Shown here piece by piece: positions 27,450 to 40,826 of a DNA stretch of 64,000 bases. Numbering within the stretch: position 1 is the stretch's first letter; every line of letters begins with the position of its first letter. Below the pieces are notes generated by a model, which was given only the letters and a program-made list of their open reading frames with translations, did no database searches and had not been told where the DNA came from. This DNA is from Glaucostegus cemiculus. Lineage: Eukaryota. Made by a program: the position numbers and the translations under genes. Location of the stretch: positions 3,224,001 to 3,288,000 of the forward strand of contig CDPCPM010000077.1 of NCBI GenBank assembly GCA_976551045.1, given 5' to 3'.

Positions 27450-27820
27450 CCACCTCCAACAAGCTCTTCGCTGGAGTGAACCAATGAGCAACTGTCCAAC
27501 CTACATCACCACTCAAGAAACAAGGTCACCTCTGCTTCAGCCATCGTGGAGTACACAGATGATACTTGTGTATGGGCTAGGGTGGAAGCTGAGTACCAAG
27601 AAGGTGCCAATGTGGCCACAAGCATACGAATGATTGGGCCCTTTACTAAACAACACAAAGCAAAGGCCCTTTAGCAGCCTGCCCTGCTGTACAAAACTGC
27701 AACAATAAACATAAATGGTGAGACCCTAGAAAATGTGAGCCACTTCCAATGTCTCAGTAGTCATGTCTCAATGGAGGTAGACATTGATGATGAAATACAC
27801 CATCCCCTTCAGCGTGCTGG
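27450..27820 (+). mobile_element. RTE-clade LINE reverse-transcriptase fragment
   Basis: gagtacacagatgat (YADD-like) and NGETLENVSHFQCLSSHVSMEVDIDDEIHH. Confidence 0.7.
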
Positions 27821-28119
27821 ATCGATACCTGGAACGGGTGGGCTTTCTTACAAGGAAAGTCAGACAGACTAAAGAGTGAGAGGGAACTTCATTGATGCAC
27901 ATAATATCCTGAGGGGTCTTCACAGGGAAGATGTGGAGAGGAAATTTTCTTTCTCTTGCTCCATCTCCATGGGAGATCCGGCTGCTCCCACATTGGCCTT
28001 GTCAGGCACCTGACAGAATTGGAGTGGAAGCAAGTCTTTCTTGATCCTGAGGGACTGCTTGAGATGAAGTTTTATTGCTATTACTTTCAGTTTTCTGAGA
28101 AGGTTTATCCTCCAGCATA

Positions 28120-28487
28120 CCTACCGAATATTGAAAGGTCTGCATAGAGTGGACATGGGGAGGATGTTTTCAGTAGTGGAAGAGTCTGGGACCAGAAGGC
28201 ACAGCCTCAGAATAAAAGTACGCCCCCCTTAGAACTGAGATGAGGAGGAATTCAGCCAGAGGGTGGTGAATCTGTGGAATTCATTGCCGCAGTTGGCCGT
28301 GGAGACCAAGTCATTGGCTATATTTAAAGCGGAGGTTGATAGGTTCTTGATTAATAAGGGCATCAAAGGTTATGGGGCGAAGGCAGGATAATGTGGTTGA
28401 GAGGGAAAAATAAATTAGCCATAAATGGCAGACCAGACTTGATGGGCCGAATGGTCTAATTCTGCTCCTGTGTCTTATGGCCTTACA
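28120..28487 (+). mobile_element. Relatively young CR1 3' fragment with a probable TSD
   Basis: Closely matches the 44270-44668 copy. Flanked by tttatcctccagcata (28104-28119) and tttacacttcagcata (28488-28503). Confidence 0.85.
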
Positions 28488-28530
28488 TTTACACTTCAGC
28501 ATAAACCTCAGAAAATTGAAAGCAATTAAG

Positions 28531-29902
28531 AAGTTATTACTTAATCTGCCCACCACTCAGGCAGAGCATTGAATCATAAATTGCCACTTGAACATTTTTT
28601 CCTTTGTCGGTGCTGGTCTGTTTCCATTACCTTTAACTTTTGTGTTATTTAATCCTTTTCTGCTGAAAATAGTTTCTTTGTTACTCAAGGTATCATCATT
28701 TAGGCCACTACATTCAATTGGGACCTTTTGCAGAAGAGACTCTAATTTTAACTGGCAAATTAAAACTCCACTAAACTCAAGACTTTAATCAATTCTCTAG
28801 CTGCCACTTCAAAGAAAATAACATAAAATTATAATATAAAAGTTATGCATCAATATCCTCAGTGTGTCCATGGTTTAATAAACCAGACATTACTTTGCTG
28901 GTCGATACAGACCATCACAGTTCAGTCCAATTGCTTACCAGTATTAGGTGAGTCTGTCATAGTTAGAGAAGGAAGAAAGTTTGACCAAGATTCCTGTCCT
29001 TAATCTCCAGTCATTGAGCCTGCTGAGGATGAGTAAAGGTTGGACAAATTGTGATTTCCACCCCCACCCCCTCCCTACCCCCAATTCTGCAAGCTTGCAT
29101 ATTACAGTTGATTATTTGAGTGCAGCTACATGTGTTCAAGAGAGGAAGACTAAGGAATTAAAACGGAATCCATATTTCTCTGTGCCCAGCCTTATGATCA
29201 GGTAAGCGATCATAGCTGTTATCTGTGCGGCATCCTCTCAGAGGTTTGCCCGCTAAATTTCAGTTCCTTTTTGTGAAACAGGGCCACACTCAGTGCCTCC
29301 TCTTGAATGTAATATTGGTTTGAGAGCATATTCTCTGAAAAAATATGTAAATGCAGGCCAAAGTCTGGTGCATTGGCACAGCAATTTCCAATACCACCAG
29401 ATAACTTTGCAGAACAGATGCTGAATCGCTAAGGTAGATAACAGAACAGTGAACCTAAGGTGCATATTTCAATGAACGTAAGTAACTGGAAGAATAGAAA
29501 GAGGAAGGAACTTCTCCAGTTGATTACAGAAAAAATCACATTTGGATCATTGACGGGCACATTTTCACTTCCACTGTTAGTTCCCTCCAACCTCTTGTAA
29601 TCAGAAAAATAGGGACTTTAAAAAAAAAAGTGACAATCCCGGGAAAAATCAGTGAGAAAAAACTTGTGTTTCCTATGAAAGAAAATATGCCTTGGCGAAG
29701 GGCCCAATTGAGTGTAGTGGCCTGAATGATGACATCTTGAGTAACAAAGAAACAGTTTTCAGTGGAGAAGGGATTAGGGAACACAAATTTAAAGATATTG
29801 GGAACAGAACCAGTGTTGACAAAGGAAAAAAATATTTATATGATGAATTATGATTGAATGCTCTGCCTGAGACAGTGGTGGAAACAGATTCAGTAATAAC
29901 TT
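28531..29902. repeat. Long degenerate inverted repeat (outer arms 28531-28730 and 29697-29902)
   Basis: gtttctttgttactcaaggtatcatcatttaggccactacattcaattggg versus the reverse complement of the right arm, gtttctttgttactcaagatgtcatcattcaggccactacactcaattggg. The match extends for about 200 bp. Confidence 0.9.
29190..29201 (+). other. Candidate 12-nt microexon CCTTATGATCAG
   Basis: catatttctctgtgcccAG|CCTTATGATCAG|GTAAGC. The length preserves frame and a UGC lies just upstream of the acceptor. Confidence 0.3.
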
Positions 29903-30091
29903 TCAAATGGGGAATTGGACTCATTCTTGATGTGGAAACATTTTCAGAGCCTTGAGGAGAGAGCAACTGAGTGGGATTAATTGGATAGTTCTTTCAAAAA
30001 GCTGACATAAACATGATGAACCAAACAGACTCCTGGGCTACATCAGATCTAATTTTTCTATGTACCGTGTGTGGAGGTAAATAATGAGGTA

Positions 30092-30297
30092 CAGGTCCTC
30101 CCCAGCTAATGAATGCCCGACTTATGTACAGCCTGTCCGTGCGAGCAAGCGTTTGGGAGGTCAACGGGATGGATTTGACGGCTGCTGCGCGGCTTCAGGC
30201 GTCTTCTGCCAGGTAGGAACTCCGTTCATGCCACATTTCCGACTTGCAAATGAACAATTCACATGAGGCGAACCTGCCTTAACCTGTGGGCGACCTG
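30092..30297. mobile_element. Tigger/pogo-like MITE
   Basis: TA|CAGGTCCTCCCC at the left end and GGGCGACCTG at the right end (imperfect TIRs); internal ccgactt motif twice; retained CpGs. Confidence 0.5.
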
Positions 30298-30571
30298 TTA
30301 GTGGAAAATAAGTCCGTGTTGCTTTACTGAGTTTGGAGCTGAAGTGTATTGTTGAGTTAGAACTTTGGCTGGTGCTTAACCACGAGGTCTTGATACTACT
30401 GGGTGACTGTACAAAACTCCTCCAGTATTCAAAAGTGATTGTGGTGATAATGAAACTATGGCAAAAAGAAATGGAATAGATTTATATCAAAAAGCTTGTT
30501 TGGTTTTCATTATGTACAATGAAGATTCAGTTACTCTGTATTGAATGCTGCTGTAAAGTTTAATATGAATG

Positions 30572-30760
30572 TAAGAACATAGGAGGAGGAAGTCCTGTTG
30601 CCCCTTCAGCTTGTTTTATGGGTTAATAAGATTACAGCTGATCTGTTCCCTCATTTGTACTTTCCATCCTGCTCTCCATAACCGTTGATTTTCTTAAAAG
30701 TCCAAAAATCTACCCGTCTCTGCATTGAACATAAACTACTGACCATCAGGAGCTCTCTGT
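30572..30760 (-). mobile_element. Decayed CR1 3' fragment
   Basis: taagaacataggaggaggaag...ccttcagc...gctgatctg...ctctccataacc. Confidence 0.6.
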
Positions 30761-33700
30761 GAACTTTCTTTTGATTTGATTGCTATTTCATATGTTGGAT
30801 CATCCAATTTTTTTCCCCCACAACAAAATAAAGCCTAATGGTTTTTGTTGTAGTGATTCAGAATTCATTTTGCAAGGCACCTTCAAGACTTTACCCAGAA
30901 TCTAAACTATCAAAATAATAGGATGCTTCAGTCCTGACAGAGATTGAAGTGCATGAAACTCACTTTTTCTTAAAGCTCATGAGCTTTTAAAGTTTGAGAA
31001 AGAATTCCTATAACTCACCATCACAGGAGAGGTTTCCTTTGTTTAAAACACATGGAAAACGCACTGGAGTATGTCATAGGAGATTTACAATTCTGTACAG
31101 TGTTGGTGCTTAGGACTGTAGCATTTCAGTTTTGCCATCTATGGTTATATACCAAACCTCGGAGCTAATTTCAGGAAAGGAAAAGAAATTCTGCCCAGAA
31201 AGTTTCAATGTTGTTTTTGGAGCAATACCCCGAGAGACTTGTTACTGCGCAATTTACACCTTGGAAATTATTTTCAGAAGGTAAACTGAGGACAGGATTC
31301 GGGAAATGTGGCAGGATGCTTGGAGCATGTAAAACACAAATTGCTCATGCAAATTTCTCTGCTTTAGAGTAAGAAAAATGTGACAAGATTTTCAATATTT
31401 TATGAACACTTTTTATTTAAATGTGGCTATTTAAATTACATTTTACAAAAAGAATTCCATTTATACCCTGGTTTGAAACACTGTGTAATAGCAATTTGTC
31501 AGTGTTAGCTAATGAAGTTACAGTCAGGAAATCTTAAGAAATCTGCCAATATCTGCTATCATGCATCACGTTGACTGTGTTTGGATGTAGAAAGAATGAA
31601 TGATGAAATGATGCATGAACCTGTTTATAGAGAGTGGATTTACAGGACACCAAAACATGTCAAACAGTAAGGTCTAGGTTCAAATCAAGAACTGAACATT
31701 ACAATTAACATCATTGTCCTTAATGAGATCAGTTTACTTGACACTGACCAAGGATCAGATGTCATTAAGGAAAGCAAAATTAGCCAAGACTCTTCCCTGC
31801 TGGAAGGATCTTAAACTTGTGTATAGTGTCTTCCTTGTTATTGCCATCATTGGAGTCTGTAGCCTACCAACAATGCTATCTGAATCTAGGAGAAAATATA
31901 CTGATGGATGACCTTTTTGTGTGAGCTCTTAAGACGATCCTTGCCAGTATCACTTACAGGCAGGTGTTAACCTGATCATGTTTGATGTTGAAAGCAGAGT
32001 GCAGATTTAAATGGCAGCTGTTGTGAAATGGATTGGCTGTTGATAACTGTAGCATCAGGCATCAGTTAAATCAATTGCAGTTAATTATCAGTTGTGTAGT
32101 ACCCAGGTATTGTTAGACACTATATTTTAGTGGAGAAGATAGTGACTTCTTGAAATACTGTCCAGTGTACTCAACAGGGCAAAGCTAGTCTTCAGGGCGT
32201 CTTTGTTGCCCACATCATTCTTTGATATCTGTTGCATTTCTGTAACTGTACCCTCAACGCCGCCACCCATTGCTCACCAACCCCCAGAGATGCTACAGAT
32301 TTTCAGCTTCCATTTTAAGATTGGTGCTGTACAATCTATGTACAGGCCTAGCGAACTGCACTACGAGAATATAGACCAGATTGCCAAATTACCATAGTTA
32401 TGTTTCAAAACCACTTCCCAAAACACAAGAATAAAAATATTCAATAATGATTAGTAAACATATTTTCCCCTGTTTTTTTTGAATATTTATCATTGGAGTA
32501 AATATAAATAAAGATGACTGATGTGCTTCCTCCCCTCCCTGGAGCCCACTTTCATCATCTGTTTATGCAGTCTGTGGAAGCGCAATTGTAATCAATTGCT
32601 AATTGGATCCATAGATGGAACTCAGCTGCTCGAGGCCTTTTAGCCTGCCATTTGCCTGTGTAATGATTGACATTTTTAAAAAGAAAATTTGTGTATTTCC
32701 ATTTGGCAGAAGGCAACGATTCAGAAAATTGTTTACATCCAAGAGAGCGCATGGGCCTGCAGCCGTACCATGCGAACTATGGCAGTGAAAGTTTTGGCAA
32801 TGTGACTATTTTGCTAAGATTCATTGCCCCTGCTGTTCGGCTTCAACTGTGTTACTCTCAATTGACTGAGGACTGCATATGGTTTTCACTAACCCTTGAC
32901 GTCAACCAGTAAGTGCATCAGATAGTATTGTGTTTCAACTGCACCTTCTATGGGATAGGGAAGTAGTGAGTTTTAAAACTGATTCTGCTTTTCTACTGAC
33001 TCCCCTTCCCTGGTAATTTGAATGTCTCACTACTTTAGCTTCACTTATACCATTACAATCTGAGGGGACATGAAAGTGACCTAAGTGCAGACCTCTGCCC
33101 AGAAGACAAGTTATGGCAATAGATTTTCTTCTCACTTGCCCTTGGATAGTCTAACTGAAATTAAGAGCTTGAGACAGGAAGAGATTTTACGTAGTAGCGC
33201 TCTCAGGGTAGGTTAGACACAGTTCACTTGCTCCTCTTTGATTTCTAACTGTAGGTACTGGGAACACAATTGTAAGTGGATAAATTGTGCAACAGTTCTA
33301 TATTACAAAATGGATTTTTGTGTGGCAGGCTAGCAATATCAAGTACCGTTTGAGAGGGCTAAAGTCAGTTGTGATCTTAACAATTAGAAAAATCTTCAGA
33401 TTTCACTCTTGTTACTTTCACTTGTCTTCCTCCTCAACTTGCCCAGATGCAGTTGTGTCATTGAGTTTAATCCCGCAGTGAATCTGCAAAGCTTCTAAGT
33501 GGCCATTTCTATTTTGGAGCCAAGATGGGCTGTCTGTCTGTCTGTAAGAATGCAAGAGCAGGAATTGAAGTTAAGGCTACAATAGAGCCGGTCTGGTGGA
33601 GACGGTGATGGAGTTCTATGGTTCACATAAAATTACAGTAATGCCCAAAGATATATTTACATTCAATGCAATTCATTACTGATGATCAAGTGTCTGATTC

Positions 33701-36700
33701 CAAATTGATTCTCCCTTCCCTGACCTGGGGATCCTGAGGCCAACTAATCATGCCTAAAAGCCAGCTAACTCTGCATAGATCAGGGGTTTTCCTTGTTCGT
33801 TATTGCTAGTTATCACCGTAACTTGTGAAGCTATTGGGAATGCAAGATAGACTTTCTGATCTTGTCCTGGAAAATGCTTGTTTTCTCATGTACTTGTTTC
33901 AGGATGAAGGAAGCAGATTTTTGTTTTTACTGTCTGTCCATCTATTTTGCATTGCCCTACATTTGCAATAGGTACAATCCCCAACGCTTTCAGCTATGTG
34001 AGGCAAAAGGATGCATGGCTGAGATTGTGTTCTCGCCAGAGGGCCTCAAGGCTCATGGACAGGAATGTCCTCCAATTATTCCTAGCACTTTACTGAAAGG
34101 CAGGCCTGTGCTGGGAGTACCCCTTCACTGTGTTATTAATAAAAGAACACAATTTATGACTTTGTAAAATGTTTTAAGATTTAGCAGACTGGTTTGTCTT
34201 CAACCCCAATACTCAGCAGCAGTAGCTCATCCACAATGCATTTTGCCTTTCCTGGTGATGGTTCAGTTTGCTAAACTGGCAGACCTCAAATGCTTTGCAA
34301 TTTTTGATGTGATATTGTTGTTTCGAAGTGGGACAGAATGGAGCCAGGAAAACCACACTCGTTAAGTTTAAAGCATTTCACATGTTCAGAATTGTAAAGC
34401 TTCTGTGGACGTTAGGCTCTTCACCACCATCTTGAACTCAGCTGGAGGTGCTTCCTTGGTGAGTGTCCATTCTTGCCTTGCTCTCCTGAATTACTAATGC
34501 TGTCTTTCCAGCCTCTACAACATTAAGACGAACAGTACAGGAAGGGCTCCGAGACCCAGTTAAATAGCCTGGGCAGTCAGTCATTGACTTTCACGTCAAG
34601 AGGTGGTATGCGTTTTTGCAATGAAATCGCAGGCAACTAGAATTTTACATTTTGTATTGTTGCATGAAAGCTTTGATTCTGCCTGTTGGAGACTGCTTTT
34701 ATTACTCTTCTTCCTCTCAGTGGAGAGCTTGCTGCAAGTCCGTGCACTCACCTAATGGAATCTAGAACCCTTTGTACTTGTTTTGCACAAAACGAAGCAG
34801 GAAAGTAGGACTTTTGTTTTAACTGATTTGTCTAAAGTTGTAAAAAAAAGCTTATCCAGAAGGGTTAGAAGGTGCAGCCCAGCACACCTCATATTCCTTG
34901 CTTTCTGGTCCTGAGTTAAAGCAGTGTAGCTGTTCTCAGGGGAATCAACCTGGGTTTTTTTGGGTGGATTTGTGCAATATCATTAATCACTGACTTGGCA
35001 ACCGGCAAAATATTTGTTAGACGTGTAAAATAGGAAGCAAGTTGAGGGATTGAGCTACCAGACAGGAACATGCTCAGCGAGCAACATGCATCAGGGCGAC
35101 AGGCTGCAGACGGCTTTGAATGCCTTCACACGACAGGAAAGACGCCTGGGAAGGGGATAATAAGGCAAGGGACAGGAAATCCTTAATGTTGCTGGCAATC
35201 TCTGTTAAATATATAACTTTCAGCAGGACTTAAAAGATAAAAGATTAATTTGGATGTACAGTGCCTGTAATGATATCCAGATTTAAGTCTTTGACTTCCA
35301 AGAATAGATAATTTCTATTTTTTTTAAAAAAAAGGTTGATTTCCAGTGTCGATTAAAATCTTTCCAGTACTTTGGACAAAGCCTTTTTGTTAGTTGCACA
35401 TCTCTGCATCGTGGCATGGCTTGCATTAATTAAAGCAACTGCAGTGAAAAATGGTCATGTTTAAAATGAAAGGGTAAAATTGTAAATTTGTCTTAATAGT
35501 TTGTCTCACCGGAGCAAAGATTAAATTTATTCACTGCCAGTTGAATAACTGATGACACTGTCTTTTTGTGCAATTGCTGCAGAGGGCAAACTGCCTGACT
35601 TATTCTATGCTAGTGTCTGGAATTATATAATGTACTGAAATGTGTAGGTTTATTGTGCAATGGTTTGTTAACTGGAAACATGGACTGTGCCGTTGTGAGA
35701 GAGTAGGCTGGATCAAGCACTGTCTGGTTTGTGCCCTATGTTCATTCCCCCGCCCCCAGCAATACCAAGGCTGTTCTAATATTCTGCAGTTCTACGGGAT
35801 AAGAGAGCTCCAGGCCTTGCTGCCACAGCTGTTCCATGAAGCAGAGTGGTCTGTGAGTGGCAACTCAGCCTCAGGTGCTGAATCTTGAGACCCCTCTACA
35901 AATAACCTTTTGACAGCTCTGACAATTGGAAACATTTTAAAATGTTGAAATGGGTTCAAATATTCTTTAGAATATATAAAATTACATTAAAAAGTAATAA
36001 ATTGACATAAAATCACATTTAACCAGTATAAATTAATTTAAAACATTTGAATTAGAACCAATCCACTTAGCCGCACTTGCTGATTCAACTTAGAATGGCA
36101 TACCCATGGGATGGAATGGGGCCACACTACGTACACCAACCATGACTAGCATGAATTGGAGGGGCTAGATGCAAAGCATGTGCAGCCCCTCTGCTCAGGA
36201 AATCTGAGTTCCAGCCCTAGACTCGGTGCTGAGCCCAGTGGTGATGCAGGAGGTGGCCATGGAAGGCAGGAATGTTCTGACCCCTGTAGAACTGTCTCCA
36301 GTTCTGTCTGATGGAGACCACTGTTTTGCAGTTGTGTTGTGGTATGCCAGAAGGTCATACAATTCAATGTCTGGAGATACCTTTAGTTTTTTTTTGTTTT
36401 CTCCAGCAATACTTGGTTGAATTGCATTCTGTCATGCTTTGTTATGCTGTGTTTCTTGAAATGCTTTGAGTTGTGTTGTCATGTCTCATATCAGTACTGT
36501 GTTTAACTGAATCATGGTGCATTGTGCTGTGACATGTATTTTCTGCTGCAGTGCGTGTTGCTGATAATTATTGTGGGAGTCCGTGTTTCTCATTGAAAAT
36601 ACTGAAAATCTAACAGCAGTTTGCTTTTGGTTTAAATGGATACATAAATTACTGTATTTTGTGGATAAAGTTTGAGAAATTATTATACTGTGTGCCATTA

Positions 36701-37315
36701 CTCCTGGCACCCTGTAGATTAGCTCTATTTGTCCTTCCCGTAGAAGATGGCATAGAGTTTGACAAAGCAGCTACATAACTGCCTGAAATCCAGTGTAAGT
36801 AATATACCGGAATATTGACTATCCACTAAAATGAAAGTCATCAGATCCAATTTAATCTTTTATCATAGCGTTCATCTCATTCAAATTAAACTCCATGATG
36901 CCTAGTTAGTTGTATGAAAATGCAAGGTTAGTTGCTTTCTCTTTTGGCTTGCATCTGGGTAAGGCTTTAAAATTATCAAATTATGACCATGAAATTCTTA
37001 ATAACTGGCTGTTCAACAGTATTATAGAATCATACAGCTCAGAGCCAACATTCTTTCCATCGTGGGTATGAATTTTTTTTCCCCTTTTCAAGTAAATGTC
37101 GATTCCTTCTCAAAAGTTATTATTAAATCTGCTCTAATTATTCTAAATAAAGTAGGTAGCAGTAATTTCTTTCTTGAGAGGCATTGATGCCTTTGTTACC
37201 TCAGATACAACCATTCTGATTCTATACTGGTGACTTCTAGAAACAGCCTTATTCAGATCTCTGCTGCCTATACCCTGATCCACATTAATTTGCATTAGCT
37301 GTGTTTGTTGACATT

Positions 37316-37830
37316 AGAACATAAGAAACAGGAGCAAGTGTGAGCCATTCAGCCCCTCAAGCTTGATTTGTCATTCAGTAAGTTTTCACCTGGCCTTCCA
37401 TCCCTATCTTCACATTCCTTGACTCCACTAATAGGCAGAAATCTGTTCACCTCAGCCTTCAGTGAACCCCATGCCTGAGCTGGCATAGCTGTCCAGCATA
37501 GAAAATTCCAAAGATCTGCCATGCTTTGAGTAAAATTTCTCATCATTTCAGACCTAAATATCCTACCCTTTTACAAATGTGCCCCCCTAACTCTCAACCC
37601 CTCTACCAGGGAAAATATCTTCCCTCATTGATCCTTCTAAGCATGTTCTATGTTTCAGTGAAATCACCTCTCATTCTTCTAAACTCTAGAGAATAGTGGC
37701 TTAGCCTACTCAGTCTCTGCTCAGGAGACAGAGCAGCCATCCCAGATAGCAGTCTGGAGAATATTTGATGCATTCCCTCTGTAACAAGTACATTTTTCAG
37801 GTTAGAAGGCCTGCATTTGTTCCAAGCATC
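37316..37830 (-). mobile_element. CR1 3' fragment
   Basis: ORFs MMRNFTQSMADLWNFL...LKAEVNRFL and RLSRLSHYSLEFRRMRGD. Confidence 0.85.
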
Positions 37831-40779
37831 CCTCAAATCCTCAGTTTCAAAGTTTTCATCCTTTTTGGGCTCTCCTTAAAACTTACCCTTGCTACTATTT
37901 AATCATCTGTCCTTTTTAGTGTCAATTTTTTGTCAGTTTTAATTTTCGATGTAGTGCCCTGTAAGCTTTGCTTGGCTGTGTGCAAGGCTCATCACACGTT
38001 AATTTTGGCAAGAAATTTGCTTTGAAAAATCTAATCAACTTTGTAAACTGTGATTAATATGCATGGAAATAAAAAAATATTGTGGAACTCTATTCAAAGG
38101 CTTATGCAGCTTGAGTAAGCAATGATCCCATCTGTGAACTCCTAAAGACTAACTAGAATTGTGGAAACTATATGTTTAAAAAAAACTTATCAGCTCTCTC
38201 CCACATATTTTTGCCATCTCCTTCATCATAAAAGCAGTGATTTCTTACACAGGTGCTGGTTTTTGGACACTGGGCCCTGTCCAGTACATATGTCCTTTAC
38301 ATGAGGTCTTCATTAGCAGGCAGTTTAACTGGGCCATCAGAACCAAACTCAATTTTTTTTCTTCAGCACATTCCCACATGCATATGATTGCACTGAGGCA
38401 CCTAATTGTGCAACATTTGGGTCAATTGTACAAGATTGAGTAACATTTTCATGTCAGCCTTACAGTAAATATGTTAAACCATCTTTTTCTCTTTACTAAT
38501 GCGAATAGTCTTAGATTTTCCCTCTGCTTTCCGTTTTTATTTCAATGTTTATAGACTTCTCTCTGTACTGCCTTTGGTTGTGTCCTCACATATCCCAGAA
38601 CGTTGAAAGGTGGCAAGTATACTTCATGAGACAGTGGATTATCTTTCATTGCTGAACTAAATTTGTTGATCATAAACAAGTGAGCAATGACTATGATATG
38701 CTTTAAATTTTGGACTAGTTATTAAACCTACATAATTCAAAAGTCATGTATGCAGTATATGTTTACTTATTGTCTGAGGAAGCTCTTTGGCCACTCTCTC
38801 TCTCTCTCTCTCCCCCAAAAGCTTGTTAAGAGAATTGGCACCAAGTAGTGAGGATTAATTGAATGCCTTAAACTCTCCTTCAACCTTGTCCACTCCGGAT
38901 CTGCAATATTTGTATCCGAATAAGATTTTTTAAAATCCATTTTTGATTAAAATTGATTTGTAACCTTCTGTAACATGACAGAAATTAAGAAACTGGTGCC
39001 AGGATATAGTTTAGGCAAGGTTCTCTGTCATCTGATCACAGCACTCTCAACTGTAAAGATGCTGACCTTTAGAGCTCTCATATATTCTTATTTTGTATCG
39101 CAGCCCTGCACATCATTAGCAAGGGCTTGGCTCCCAACACCAGATCAACGACTTTGTCTATCATGCAACAAGTAGGTGGTATGACAACTTTACAAAGTGC
39201 TTTTGATGCAGCAACATCTTACTCTTGTGTTAACAATTAAAGATTTTTAAATTATGTTTGATATTATTATTGGATGTTTGAAATCTTACATTTTTTTTAG
39301 ACAATTTATGCAGTATTTTGTCCATGGCTTCAAACCCTTCCATTAATGACCCACTATGGACTTAAAATTGCTGACCCTCATCTATAGACTAAAACAAATG
39401 TCCATTTTAAGAATACACCCCTCGGTATGCATGGAAATGACAGAGAATTTGCAGATAATTGGAGATTACCATGCATTAATGTTGGGATATATTCATTAAG
39501 TGAAAAATGTCTAATTTTATGTTCCTTCATTCCTTGTTGGGTTTACCACAACATTATCATTTGAAATTAGGTCTATTCTCTCAATCCTGGGATTTGTTTG
39601 CAATCAGTCAGATGTCTCTTGTAATCTTTCAGTATCCTGAGGCACAATCATGCTGAGGTGTCGTTATTACAATATGCTCTTCTTTATTTTGTTGAGTATT
39701 GGTTCTTTGAGTGATGGTCTTAGTAAGTTTTATTAAAGGGATGAGTGATGTGAAGTTCACAGAAATACTGAATGAATATGCTTTTAATTAGCCTACAGAT
39801 GTATTTGATCCAGCTGACTTTTGACTGCAGAATGGTAAACTGAAGGTGTCTGAGGATGTGTCTGTCTGTGTCCCCCACAAGTAGCTTCCTGTTTGGCAGT
39901 TTGATGTGAGCATTTCCAAGATCTATGGTGAGATATAGCTATCAACTTGGTATGCTTTATTAAGTGATCAAACAAAAACAGCGAAGCCTGGTATGACTGT
40001 TTTTTCCAATATCTTTTTATACCGCAGTACAAAGATGTCAGAAATGGCTTCTCTCTTGGTAACCTGTTTGAACAGGCCCTGGGTTAGATTTTTTTTTTGG
40101 TTTTGAGCTACTTCAAAAGTTTTATTGTCAGAGTGAAGGCGTGTTCTTGATACAAAGTCAGCAAGGTTTCTTCTGAAGTCATAACTTGCTCAAAATCTGC
40201 AGAAAAGTCGAGAGTAATTTTGATTCAAAACATTAAGTTGTAGTGCAACTTTGAACATCTCGCTTAGGTCTTGTCTGCTCAAAGGAACAAATTCTGATTT
40301 TTGACATAACTGAAATGGCTCATTCCAGGTGCCATTCTAGTAAATCTCTTGCATACCCTCTTTAATACTTTGACCCTCTTCCTGAAGCAATTAGGGCTGC
40401 CTTAATTAAAAACAGAACTTGGTGGAAATCTCTGGAATTCCAGTTTTATTTCCTGACCTAGAAACCCTTCTCCTGTAGGGACCACTTCCACATTTCAAAA
40501 GATTTGTATTCAGTATTCGGGATTCTCAAGCAATGAGTTGCATGGGTGCTTGGGCTGTTGACTTAGGGAATCAACGTTAGGGGTTATCAGCAATCATGCC
40601 CATTTTGTCCCATCTCCTGGACCAAATATATTTTAGAGTCCACCAAAGTTTGTTGCTTTCCAGCAAGTCCTTACTTAGGTTATACTGGCACTCTGCCAGA
40701 AGAAATCTCAATGGTGTGTTTTGAGTACAAGACAAGGACTTCTCAATTTTTGTTATTATTTCTTTTTATATCTGACTTC

Positions 40780-40826
40780 CTGTGTGTGTGTCTCTCACAC
40801 TCTCTCACACTCTCTCACACTCTCTC
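40780..40826. repeat. (TG)n and (TCTCTCACAC)n microsatellite running into the assembly gap
   Basis: tgtgtgtgtg tctctcacac tctctcacac tctctcacac tctctc. Confidence 0.9.
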
